DNA of 63,145 bases, filler included, from Aduncisulcus paluster (taxonomy: Eukaryota), in the NCBI GenBank assembly GCA_024181965.1. It is 11 parts of 11 records of this genome, joined end to end, with 100 filler letters (N's around TTAATTAATTAA, not from the genome) between each part and the next. Parts side by side here need not be neighbours in the genome. Positions count along the whole stretch, not along the records: positions 1 to 4,740 come from BQXS01011644.1; positions 4,841 to 10,820 come from BQXS01011645.1; 9 more parts are not named here. One strand, given 5' to 3'. Positions 1 through 10,920 of the stretch are shown in pieces. The notes under the pieces were generated by a model. It had not been told where the DNA came from and made no database searches. It was given only the letters and a program-made list of their open reading frames with translations. How positions within the stretch are numbered: position 1 is the stretch's first letter; each line of letters begins with the position of its first letter. The translations under genes were made by a program, and so were the position numbers.

Positions 1-486
1 TAATACTTTAACGCAGGTCTTTCGAGCATAGATCTCGCGAACATCAGCAACTATCAATGCGGTCTTTGCAGATTTCGCGATGATGAACAAACTTCTCGCT
101 CGAATGGCTCTCATAGCTCGATTCTTCAACTTCATTTCATAATGCTGTCGCGCAATCATTGGAACCGTATGGCACCATTGGACATTCTTTCTGAATCCAT
201 TGATAATCATATGGCGCAATCTTTGTTCTTGACATAGAGTATATTTATGCAGAAGATCTTTATCACGACGAGCCTTCATATAATATTTTTTAAAACCAAT
301 AAAACCTTTGTGGACTAACGATTGAATGTAATGGAGGTCTGCTATCTTTGTTTTTTCCTCCTCAATCTTCTTGGAAACCACAGCATTCACATAAAGTGCC
401 GTTATAACTCGTTTCTTTGCCTGCTTAAAGGAAAATTCAACAGCTTTTGCATATTTAATTCTTGATTCAGTCGAAAAATCATCCAT
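1..486 (-). CDS. Hypothetical protein with Sfi1-like (centrin-binding) repeats, 3'-partial
   Basis: ATG at 486, frame open to window start (MDDFSTESRIKYAKAVEFSFK...). Motifs IADLHYIQSLVHKGFIGFK and IARQHYEMKLKNRAMRAI resemble the A..HY...L..K.F..W Sfi1 repeat. Absent from the ORF track because it has no stop in the window. Confidence 0.55.
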   Translation of the reverse strand, partial: MDDFSTESRIKYAKAVEFSFKQAKKRVITALYVNAVVSKKIEEEKTKIADLHYIQSLVHKGFIGFKKYYMKARRDKDLLHKYTLCQEQRLRHMIINGFRKNVQWCHTVPMIARQHYEMKLKNRAMRAIRARSLFIIAKSAKTALIVADVREIYARKTCVKVL

Positions 487-1035
487 ATATATATAAATAC
501 TTTGGCAAATGGGGAAAAGAAAATTAGATTTTCGAAAAGACAATTGCACAGGAAATAATTAGCTTGGATCACTTAATATTTTAATGAAAAAGATAATTAT
601 GTCTTGAAAACTTATTTAATTATCTTGAATGATACCAAAGAATGATATTTCATTTTCTTTGCAAGCAGAAGCAGAAATATTCTAAAATATTGTTTAAAAT
701 GGGAATATATTTAAAATTTTATTGAATTGGTTTAGTTTTGAGAACTTTTCAATACAAACCGTGGCTCCAGTGAAATTCGTGCGGGGATTACGTAATTCTG
801 CCCAAATTTCCATTATAGTAACATAAATTGCATTAAGCATAGGTATATTGCTCAATTTAATCTTTATATTTGAAGCCAGTGTATGTTGTACTTTGACACC
901 CTTCGTACTTCTGTGTACTAACATTTTAATAGTGGGTTATTTTTGTTAATGTATTTATTTTGGACATTTATATTGTTTTTAGCCTTTGATATTTTCACAG
1001 ATCTCACACAATAGGTAGTATCTAACGAATTGAAA

Positions 1036-1944
1036 ATGGACACAATTACAAATTCCCAAACTAAGAAGGAAAATGTACAATCAGATGGATGCAGTTTTTG
1101 CTGTTTTTTAGTAATCATTATTTCTTTTCTTACCATTCTTGTTGGATCCATATTTTTTATTGGATTTTATCATTATCAATGTTTACAGGCTTTATCAGAA
1201 TCTGAATTTAGTGTTGCCAATGCACAAATAACATATCGAAACACCACTGCATCAGAATGTTCGACGTCATATGTGATAACTTGGGAATTTGATACCCTTT
1301 GTCGAGACGCTTCAGTATGGATGAATGAAATAGAATATCAACTACTTTCATACCATCCAACTCGTTCTGATCCATTAGGAATTGAGATATCGCATGGATA
1401 TTATGATTTTTCAGCTGATCCAGTGCGTATTGCCGGGTCTTCAGAACAGTTCCTTGAAGAGAAGAATTTTTCCTCATGTGATGATAATCACATATCTATG
1501 CAACATACTCTGGCATCTAAACTTGATGAAGCCTCTGGGTTGTGCGAATATAGTCTATTTTATCTTGAGATTGTATCTATGACCATGTCCTATGGATCGT
1601 TCCATTTTCACACCCATTCAAAGCTTGACAATCTTGTTCGAAGTATCACAGGAAAACGGATAGAATATTCGTATCCTGATACTGTCTTGGACTTTGATTA
1701 TGTTCCTGTCGTTGATGATGATGATTCATCAGATGACTCAAGTGATGATGGCACAGATGATTCATCAGATGATGGCACAGATGATGGCACAGATGATGGC
1801 ACAGATGATGGCACAGATGATGATCAGAATAATGCTGAAGTTGAGAATGCATCTTCAGATGACAATGATGGACAAGGAGATAAGGAAGAACAAGATGTAG
1901 AGGATGGAACAGAAGAGGAACAGATTGTTGAAGAGACAGAGTAA
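1036..1944 (+). CDS. Single-pass (type II) membrane protein with acidic C-terminal tail
   Basis: ATG 1036 (the track's TTG start is unlikely in a eukaryote). Cys cluster and hydrophobic helix FCCFLVIIISFLTILVGSIFFIGF, then a Cys-containing ectodomain and a D/E-rich tail. Confidence 0.6.
   Translation: MDTITNSQTKKENVQSDGCSFCCFLVIIISFLTILVGSIFFIGFYHYQCLQALSESEFSVANAQITYRNTTASECSTSYVITWEFDTLCRDASVWMNEIEYQLLSYHPTRSDPLGIEISHGYYDFSADPVRIAGSSEQFLEEKNFSSCDDNHISMQHTLASKLDEASGLCEYSLFYLEIVSMTMSYGSFHFHTHSKLDNLVRSITGKRIEYSYPDTVLDFDYVPVVDDDDSSDDSSDDGTDDSSDDGTDDGTDDGTDDGTDDDQNNAEVENASSDDNDGQGDKEEQDVEDGTEEEQIVEETE
1720..1824 (+). repeat. 12-bp coding tandem repeat (GATGATGGCACA, DDGT/DDSS)
   Basis: Four consecutive GATGATGGCACA units at 1768-1815 plus DDSS/DDGT variants upstream. 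Confidence 0.9.
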
Positions 1945-2207
1945 TGATCAATAACAAAATTATTTATATTAATCAAGCAATCACTCAAAAACAATGATTT
2001 TATTTATGAGATAACCAAAAACCAGAATAATTTCGGAAATAACAATAATAATTGCCCTTAAATTGGTACAAATTGTTGTTATTGAAAAGTATTAAATCAC
2101 ATTCCTTAAAAAAATCCAATGGAATGGAGTATTTTCATGGGGTTTCGAATTAACCAATGTCAATTTTCTGAAACAATAGCATTGCTAGATCTATTATAGC
2201 AATAAAC

Positions 2208-4740
2208 TTAAAGACAGAAATCGCCATTTGAGGAAATATCAGACTCTGAAGACTCTTCGCTTGCTGAAGATTTCTCCTGATGAATGGTATCCGAAGATTT
2301 TCCATGTTCGCCAGAAACCTCCATGTGTGAGAGTCTATCGAGGAATTCAGGCCAGTGCTCACCAAGTCTAGGTAACATATCTTCAACGGCACTCAATAAT
2401 ACACGGGCATCATGGAGTTTCATCCGATCTTCAACTTTTACACAGGTGAGGGAATCGTATACCTTGGAAAATACTTCGCTAACATAACCAAATCTGACAG
2501 AACCTGATTCATTCTTAAGCTCAATTGTAGATAACTTCCGGAATAAGGGAAGGAACCCAAGCTTTGGGAAGCACACAGGAATGAGAGTGGAAATCAAAAC
2601 ATCCTTCTTCTTTTCGAGATCAGATTCATTATGGACTCCTCCCCAAAGAGAATTCTTGGCCGTGAATGGAGGCAAGAATCCATCGAACATCTCTCTCATA
2701 CTTATACCGAGTGAGTAGCAATCACTCACTTGAGAACAATCGCCTCCCTTCAACCTTTCAATTGGGGCATATTCAAGGGAACACATTGAGTTGAGAGTTT
2801 TCATTTGAGCCTCAGGGAAAATAAAGTTTGTCAATATTACAGAATAATCACCTCGAGGGTTCTTCTTGACAAGGAATCGGCTTGGACGGATGTCTCCATG
2901 GCAAAAGTCCTTTGTTCCATATTCTTGCTCAGAAAGGAGAATATCATCCAAACATTTGATCATTTCAACAATTATTCTGCAAATTGGAAGAGGATTGACA
3001 AGAGTATAATCAAATTGCTCGGAGGATTCGGAGGATTCAGAGCTTGTGCTTGATTCATCAGAGTCTTCATCTTCCTTAATACGAGGGATATAGCCATACC
3101 AGAACTGGAGGAACGATTCAAGAGTGTGTCTAATTGGTTCAAAGGCAATTCCAGTATCATTTCCGTCTTTATCTTGAATAAGACATATTGGTTTCATAAC
3201 ATGGTGAGTATGCCTTGTCCATAATTTTTTGGCGCATTTAAATTCCTCTCTGAAATTATGACTCATGTCACATGATTGAACACCAGATCTAATCATAATA
3301 GAAGGAAGAACATCAGCTTCACGTAAGGTCCAAATGTATGAGTATTCTTGGCAAGCAAGCTCCCGAATGAGGTGGTTTGCCTTTGGCATCCGAAGATTGT
3401 CTTCAATCTCATATGGAATTGGATCCATTTTTTTGGCAATTTTAGTCTCGAGAGGTTTTTCAATGACTTTTTCTTCAATCTTTGATGGGGGGCGTATCTG
3501 ATGAACCTCTCTGGGAGATGTAGAAGTAGTGATCGAATAGGAAGAATCTGATATAGAAGAAGATTCCTCATGATTATTTTCCTCACTATGAAGCTCTTCT
3601 TCCTTGAGTTCATCGCTGTGATGCTCTTCTTCCTTCAATTCATCGCTGTGATCGTGATCTGATGGTTGGTGGCGTTTCTCTTCAGGGGGTGGGGGCTGCA
3701 CTATTGAATATGAATTTGAACTGGATGTAGAATCTGTGGAAGAAGATGAAATAGAATCTGAAGAGTCATCAGAATCCTTGGAAACAGAAGGATGATCATA
3801 CTCCTCTTTCACTTCTTTTTCATCAGATTTTTGGTGGACATTATCTATTTCGTGTTGCAGAACAGGACTGGAGGATGTGGCATCAGTCGAAGAATCTTCT
3901 TCGTTGATGGGATCGACTCGATTTTCACAAATAGGCTCTGGTTCATCAGAAGTCGAAATTGAAGAAGAAGGTGGATTATCTCCATCCATAGGTTTCTTAT
4001 CCACAATAACTTCATCACTACTCATGATTTCTTCAGAGTCAGATATGGAAGACAACTCTTCTTCTTCTTCTTCTTCTTCTTTTTCAATATCAATAAGGTG
4101 GGTTTCCTGTGTTGTTTCTCCAGAAGTATGGGGATAACGAGAGTGGCTTGGAGGCGGCGTATGACAACGTTCACTATCATGGGGGAGGGAAACATTGGGA
4201 GGATGGCGTTCAGGAGAGGGAGACATGAGAGAGTGATACTCAGAATCGCTGATAACAGAGGTAAAGGACTCTGAAACTTCAACAATTGGTTCCCCAACAT
4301 CGACTTTCTGTTCTACTGGCTTTTCCGTGGAGACAATTAGCTCATTGGCTGGATTTTTGGAGGAGTCTGAGTCAATTTTATCATCGGTGAGTTCTGTAGT
4401 GGATGGGTCAATTGGTTCCCCAACATCGACTTTCTGTTCTACTGGCTTTTCCGTGGAGACAATTAACTCATTGGCTGGATTTTTGGAGGAGTCTGAGTCA
4501 ATTTTATCATCGGTGAGTTCTGTAGTGGATGGGTCAATTGGTTCCCCAACATCGACTTTCTGTTCTACTGGCTTTTCCGTGGAGACAATTAACTCATTGG
4601 CTGGATTTTTGGAGGAGTCTGAGTCAATTTTATCATCGGTGAGTTCTGTAGTGGATGGGTCAATTGGTTCCCCAACATCGACTTTCTGTTCTACTGGCTT
4701 TTCCGTGGAGACAATTAACTCATTGGCTGGATTTTTGGAG
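2208..4740 (-). CDS. Divergent protein kinase-like protein (probable pseudokinase) with S/E-rich and 42-aa repeat N-terminus, 5'-partial
   Basis: Frame stays open from the contig edge (4739) through 4226 to the stop at 2208. Kinase remnants CHGDIRPSRFLV (HRD loop), ILTNF (DFG position), SLEYAPIE and SDCYSLG. Confidence 0.75.
4283..4740 (-). repeat. 126-bp tandem repeat, about 3.6 near-identical copies, running into the contig end
   Basis: CAATTGGTTCCCCAACATCG recurs at 4283, 4409, 4535 and 4661. Encodes SKNPANELIVSTEKPVEQKVDVGEPIDPSTTELTDDKIDSDS on the minus strand. Confidence 0.95.
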
Positions 4741-4840
4741 NNNNNNNNNNNNNNNNNNNNNNNNNNNNNNNNNNNNNNNNNNNNTTAATTAATTAANNNN
4801 NNNNNNNNNNNNNNNNNNNNNNNNNNNNNNNNNNNNNNNN
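4741..4840. other. Artificial contig-joining linker
   Basis: N44-TTAATTAATTAA-N44 (six-frame stop spacer). Confidence 0.98.
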
Positions 4841-6098
4841 ATGGTCATTTTTCTTTCTATCATATATTGCATGCCATCCTTGTGAGTCCACTCCTGACAC
4901 GAAATCGTTTCATAACTTCGACATTTGTTTACATAGTGGATTATAAGGTGACAAAATATGCTGATGAGTTACAGTTGAAATCCATGAATTTTGTGAATAT
5001 ATCATCGACTTCTTGGCAGAGAAGCTATTCTTCTGGTTTTCTTTGCTTCTCGAATCGTTCTCACTCTTCTCTGCTCTCTGCTCGATTGATAAAAACTAAT
5101 TCAGTTTATTATTTGTTTATTATTTGTTTATTATTTGTTTTCTTTCGCTTTTAATTCCTTACCAAGATGTCTTCGAAAGGAATTAACAACACAACTTCTT
5201 GTTCGAATCATTGGTGATCTATGACTCACCCCCCATCCAAAGTGATCGTTAACTCGTTCAGCCCAATGTGTGTTGGATCTCTGCTGTTAAGTTCTAGTTG
5301 TAGTCTATGAATATTAGTCGGTTGGTTTTCTGGTGTTGTTTTGGTTGTTTATGCTCAGCATAACAGACTGTTGTTCGATCTTTGACCTGTTGTCTGGCCA
5401 TTTGTTATATTCTCAAAGCTGCTTGATAAAAAGTATATATATAAAATTATCTCATTTATTATTAAGGTATGCTACCTTGTCTCGAGTCAGAATAATCTCT
5501 TATACTCTGTCTTCAATATTTGGGGCTTCAATATACGGCCGAGGAAAAAGCATTGTTGAATATTCATATTGTAGTACAGAATAGGATGTCCAAGATGGAC
5601 AGCATGGGGCTTCCATGATGGTTCTCACATGTTGCTGAAAGTACAAGATCCATTCGTAAATTTATGATAAGATTCTCATTAAAAATGAAGAATCAATGGA
5701 GATAACGACGATAATATCAGGTAAATAAAAATATAAAAAGTTCCTATAGATCTATATATAGTACAGGGCAGTATAGAATTGATTATGACACTCTCCGAAG
5801 TAATAAAAATTGATTTGGAGTGATTTTCTGGTAAACAAGAGGAAAAACGACTAGTTTCTAATAAGAAATTACCAACACCCCATTAATAATTAAAAATAAA
5901 GCCAACAGTAAAAATATTATTACAAAAAAGAAAAATAAAGCATGAAACCTTTACATAAATTGAATAATAATAATAATAATAATAAAACGACGAATATAAA
6001 GATAAAATCACAATTCATAATTTTTGAAATTTTAGGAAGATAAAGAGAGTCCTCAATTCCAATTGTTTGATTGTTTCGAAAGAATGTCGATCAATCAT

Positions 6099-7676
6099 CT
6101 ATTTTTGAACCGATTTTAACCTCGAAACCGATTCTATTTTTAGAATATACTCATGTTGTTCAGAAACTTTTTCCTCCAAGGTATTAATTTGTAACTGCTG
6201 TGCTTTTACAAGGTCTTTAAGATAGGCTATCTCTTTCTCATATCGTTGTATTTCGTGGGATACCACTTTGCTTTGTTTTGAGAGTTCGGTCCGAATCTTC
6301 TCCTCTATTGATCCATGATCACACCGATCATCCCTTTTTTGGGGACAGACAAAACTCTGGCAAGTTCTTCTGCTTCGGTGTGAGATAGCCTTAGATGGAT
6401 CTGAAGAATCAGGGAACAAGCTTGGAGATACAAGAGAACGAACAGCACATGAAATACGATGGGAATGACGAAATGAAGCTGGAGAACGTTGGAGATCTTG
6501 AGAATCTTCCGAGGGAGTTTCTCGGGTAAGGGAATATGAAGATCCTTTATCTGTCTCAGAATCAAGGAATTTGTCTTGACAGATTCGTCCTCGAACAACA
6601 CCCTCAGATTCGTGATCAAAAGGGAAATCTTTTGATTGATTTCGTTCGTTATGAGTTCTTTCGTGAAGAATAGAGGGAGAAAATGACGGACTACTTGTAA
6701 ACCGTCCCGACTTTGACAAAGAATGTAAATGTACAGATACGTCACTATGAGTGTCATATATCTGCGAATGAAACATAGAAGCAGAAGAGATCAGGTCATC
6801 CTTACTCGAAATGGTCATATCAAGCCTGCGGGGAGTGACTTGCGGTGTCGCATCGGATTTGACAAAACGCAAACCAGCCAAGACAGGGTACTCGGTAGCT
6901 GCGCCGGACCAGCGATCCAATCCATATATTTCACATTGAACAACATCAACAAGACCAATGGGAAGGTAATGCCATTCGTATCCTTGTTCTGTTGGTTGGA
7001 TAAATCTATATTTTTTAGTTGTTTTGACTCCAGAGGAATGAATAAAACAAATAGCAGGTGTCTAGGACCAGATAAACGATGCACACAGACATAAGCACCA
7101 CGCATCGAACTCTCNNNNNNNNNNNNNNNNNNNNTGCGGTGTCGCATCGGATTTGACAAAACGCAAACCAGCCAAGACAGGGTACTCGGTAGCTGCGCCG
7201 GACCAGCGATCCAATCCATATATTTCACATTGAACAACATCAACAAGACCAATGGGAAGGTAATGCCATTCGTATCCTTGTTCTGTTGGTTGGATAAATC
7301 TATATTTTTTAGTTGTTTTGACTCCAGAGGAATGAATAAAACAAATAGACAGGTGTCTAGGACCAGATAAACGATGCACACAGACATAAGCACCACGCAT
7401 CGAACTCTCAGCAACAAAATGGAGAGTAATATGAGAAAATTGGGTTTCTCCAGTACCTCTCAGCATTTCAATGATATTAGCACTCTTATTATCTGGCATG
7501 TACTGTTCTTTGTCAGACGCCTTGACAGAGAGATATCCATTAGACCGAGAAATAGCGAGTTGAACACACATAGGATCATCAAGAGATATAGGGGATTCTC
7601 TTCCCTCTGGTTCTTCACCTGGCCAATAAATATATGGAGCACATCCTTTTTTCTCGAATACTGCATTGATTTCCAT
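6099..7676 (-). CDS. Hypothetical protein, about 427 aa after removing the duplicated gap overlap: lineage-specific N-terminal domain plus C-terminal coiled coil
   Basis: ORF 7676-7135 (MEINAVFEKKG...FSHITLHF...MRGAYVCV...TTKKYRF...WHYLPIGLVDVVQCEI) joins in frame to 6840-6099 once the duplicated segment is collapsed (1284 nt). Confidence 0.75.
6841..7409. repeat. Assembly artefact: about 275-bp direct duplication flanking a 20-N gap
   Basis: 6841-7114 equals 7135-7409 except for a 1-nt indel (ATAGCAGG vs ATAGACAGG). Confidence 0.9.
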
Positions 7677-8184
7677 TTTAAACTATGTTTTTAAAGGATG
7701 AAGCAATCATGTTGACAAGATCAAAGAAATCAATATATTAGAGATATTTATGGTTCAAAATAAAAATAAAAGTTGAAAATAAATTCATACAATACAATTT
7801 ATGTGTTAAAAGTTTGTGTAGGAGCGAGAAATCCTGGTGGCCAGTTCCATTGTTATTAATCATGGCAAATCAGAATTTAATTACGATTGATTTGATCATA
7901 AAATTGAACTTTAAAAAATATTTATTGAAAAAGAAATGTAACAAGCAGTGCCATTACTTGTTTTATTGATGGGAGTCAATATACCCATATTAAGAATATT
8001 TTATTATAAAAATCTGAGAACATATGCCATGACATATCGAATTTAAGCATAAATATGTTATATAGAAATTGGTCTGGTAATGAATGACGCGGTTGAAGCT
8101 GTGGACATCATTGAAATATCAATATATCTGCAAAAATTTATATTAAAATAAAGCCAAAAGATTCCATTAATACCCAATTCTATG

Positions 8185-9192
8185 TCACTTACGACCATGT
8201 GCTTGTCTTTTCTTTGAATAACTATTTTGAGACGAAATGGAGTCAAAAGTCCCAGGTCCACGCTTCCCTCTTCCAGCGTCATCTCTTTTCCCCTTAACAA
8301 ACTCAATTGATCCCATAACTTCTCTCTTATTACTCCCACCGATCCCTCTTACCGCCCCTTCACTATCTCTTGATAATACTCTCCTTGATTCTAATTGGGC
8401 ATCAGAAAGAGGGATTCCCCAAGTTGAAGAAGAAGAAAAAGAAGAAGTATGATAATCAGAATGAAGCGATGATGATGATTGATGTTGATGCTGTGACCTA
8501 GGAGATATCATTTGAAGATTGCCGGAATTTGTTTTTTTATCTTTAGATTTAGGGGAATCCATGAATGATTTGCGTATTAATTCACTTTTTAATCTCTCTT
8601 TATATTCTTTTTGTTGAGATTCAAGCATGGCTTTCCGCTGTTCACTTTTCTTCTCTTCATCTTGGAGGGCAGTGGCCATTTCTAACATGGAATCTTGTTT
8701 TCGTTTCATTGATACCATCTTTCCAGCATCATGATCATACCTTTCACGCTCACCGACATCAATTATTTGTCCTCTATTATCTTTCCAATTACTAAGGGAT
8801 TTCTTCATCGAATATTGGCTCGAAATAAGTCTAGAAGAAATTTTATCGTACATATCGGATTTGGCATGAAGAATGGCAACTTGATCGGTCAGTTGACCAC
8901 GGCCAGGGCGCTTTGTTTTCAACTTTGGTGGTAGGAGAGGATCAGATACCTTCTCCTTGATAATAGCAACTATTTCTTTTCCATTTCTAAGTTTTATATA
9001 AGTTTTTGAGGAATTTGAATCCGATTTCCATTTGGATCGAATCCTTTCTATTTCATTTTCAAGGTGATATTTCGAAATGTTTCTTGCATGCTGTTTCTTT
9101 GGAATAACATCTATTTTATCTTTTAATATTTGCTCTAATGCACATTTAGTATCTTCTATTGTCAAAGTTTCTTTTATAATTTCTTTATCCAT
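8185..9192 (-). CDS. Hypothetical basic/coiled-coil protein
   Basis: Long ORF. Likely start MDKEIIKE at 9192; in-frame ATGs also lie upstream to 9243. No family recognised. Confidence 0.6.
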   Translation of the reverse strand: MDKEIIKETLTIEDTKCALEQILKDKIDVIPKKQHARNISKYHLENEIERIRSKWKSDSNSSKTYIKLRNGKEIVAIIKEKVSDPLLPPKLKTKRPGRGQLTDQVAILHAKSDMYDKISSRLISSQYSMKKSLSNWKDNRGQIIDVGERERYDHDAGKMVSMKRKQDSMLEMATALQDEEKKSEQRKAMLESQQKEYKERLKSELIRKSFMDSPKSKDKKTNSGNLQMISPRSQHQHQSSSSLHSDYHTSSFSSSSTWGIPLSDAQLESRRVLSRDSEGAVRGIGGSNKREVMGSIEFVKGKRDDAGRGKRGPGTFDSISSQNSYSKKRQAHGRK

Positions 9193-9429
9193 AGCAAAAC
9201 AGAACATTTTTTTTAAAAAATACATTTCAGAATAAAATTTCATTTTCTAAATAAAAACGATTTTATTTTGGAGTAATTTATTTTTCGGATAATAATATTT
9301 GTTGAATTTCTTAGGATCCTCCGATATGGATTATCCATAATCATTATGGATATCCATGATGGATATCAGAACGTTCAACAACTCTAAACAACGACAAATT
9401 TTATTTTTCATTTTTCAGAGATACGATAT

Positions 9430-10293
9430 TCACAAAGATGTTGTGAAGTCACATTGAATAGCAGGAGCAACACTTCCAACGAATTTTAGGAACAATATGA
9501 GATAAACATCAACAGTATAATATAATTCACCCTTTTCATTTCTAAGTTGGTCATAAAAAGCTTTCATAACTTGTCCATGACGGCAAGGGTGAACAGTCAA
9601 ACATGGGATTTTGGAGAAAGGATGAGGTTCGGCAGTGACAGTCTTTCCAGCATAATCCTTATTGATTTCTTTTGACATAACGTCAGAATTGGCCAAAGGT
9701 TTGCTGTCTTCGTCAAAGCCTTGGATCCAAAAACGAGGAACTCGATACTCTTTACAATAGGTGATGGATACATCAAATAAACGGCAAGATTCCTTCTTAA
9801 CTTTTTCTTTTGGCTTGGATTCAACCGGTTTCACGTCGTCTAAATCATCTAAGTCGTCAACATCATCAATATCATCGACATCATCAACATCATCAATATC
9901 ATCAATATCATCAACATCATCAACATCAATAGACTCCTTGGGCTTCTCTTTATCATCATCAGAAAGTTCGTCAATCTCCACGGGAACAGCTTTCTCGGAA
10001 GACCCAAAATCAATCCAGTCGCCTTCAGTATGAGCATCTGAGAATGTAGGAAGCACATTTACACCAAGTAATGATGGAACACGGTGACAAATAAGGAATT
10101 GTTTTTTAGCTGGGAGATATTTCTTTCTTTTAGATGGAGCAACATCAGCCCAAGCCCATGAAGGGAATTTTGAAACAAGCAAATCTCCAGCACATATAAA
10201 TTCTTCAACAGTAATTGTTCCGGTCTTTGTAAAAGTAGACACAACAGGGACTTTAGATAATTTCTCTCTAATTCTGTGAGCAAGACTTTCCAT
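9430..10293 (-). CDS. ATG3: Autophagy-related protein 3 (E2-like enzyme)
   Basis: N-terminal F..TG.IT.EEF..AGD.LV.KFPSW.W and YLP..KQFL, acidic flexible region, DVSITY...YRVPRFW, catalytic HPCRH and C-terminal FLKF. Confidence 0.95.
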   Translation of the reverse strand: MESLAHRIREKLSKVPVVSTFTKTGTITVEEFICAGDLLVSKFPSWAWADVAPSKRKKYLPAKKQFLICHRVPSLLGVNVLPTFSDAHTEGDWIDFGSSEKAVPVEIDELSDDDKEKPKESIDVDDVDDIDDIDDVDDVDDIDDVDDLDDLDDVKPVESKPKEKVKKESCRLFDVSITYCKEYRVPRFWIQGFDEDSKPLANSDVMSKEINKDYAGKTVTAEPHPFSKIPCLTVHPCRHGQVMKAFYDQLRNEKGELYYTVDVYLILFLKFVGSVAPAIQCDFTTSL

Positions 10294-10693
10294 TAATAAT
10301 TTAGCGAGATATTTTCACAAAAATTGGAGAAGAATTGAAAAATATGGTGTAATAGAGCCTAGCAAAAAAAAATGGTGAGACAAGTGAGCTGACTTTGAAG
10401 TGTCGAATTTTGATCTTATTCAATGGGCTCTTCACCAGCACAATTTTAATATCATTGACAAAAAATTATGAATATATATTTTTTTTATGACCAGTCGGCT
10501 CCAACACTCTAATGATGATCTTTTAAATTTGCCCACCAATAATGTCAAGTACAATGTACTGATCCCGAAATAATAATAGTGATATTTTATGTCATGGAAT
10601 TAAGAATAAATAACAATGTCGATTTAACTTTTTTATGGGTTGATGATGTTGGATCATACCCAACATCATCATTTGTCAACAAAACAGTCAACA

Positions 10694-10820
10694 ATGCAAT
10701 TGAAAGCATTTGTTTTGATTATTTGTCTTCTCATGTCCGCTAGTTCCGTGCTCGCTGTCACCAAAGAACATCGTAATCTTATTGAACTTTCTTCCAGACC
10801 ATTCTTCTACAAACTCTCTC
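10694..10820 (+). CDS. 5' end of a secreted or membrane protein, truncated by contig end
   Basis: MQLKAFVLIICLLMSASSVLA is signal-peptide-like; frame open to the linker. Confidence 0.55.
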
Positions 10821-10920
10821 NNNNNNNNNNNNNNNNNNNNNNNNNNNNNNNNNNNNNNNNNNNNTTAATTAATTAANNNNNNNNNNNNNNNNNNNNNNNN
10901 NNNNNNNNNNNNNNNNNNNN
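10821..10920. other. Artificial contig-joining linker
   Basis: N44-TTAATTAATTAA-N44. Confidence 0.98.

Noticed and set aside
4327..4788. Plus-strand 153-aa repeat ORF
   Set aside because: It is the antisense reading of the 126-bp repeat that belongs to the minus-strand pseudokinase frame.
6841..7409. Tandem duplication of part of a gene
   Set aside because: The copies flank a 20-N gap exactly and collapsing them restores one ORF; this is unmerged contig overlap. The same applies to 32134-32513.
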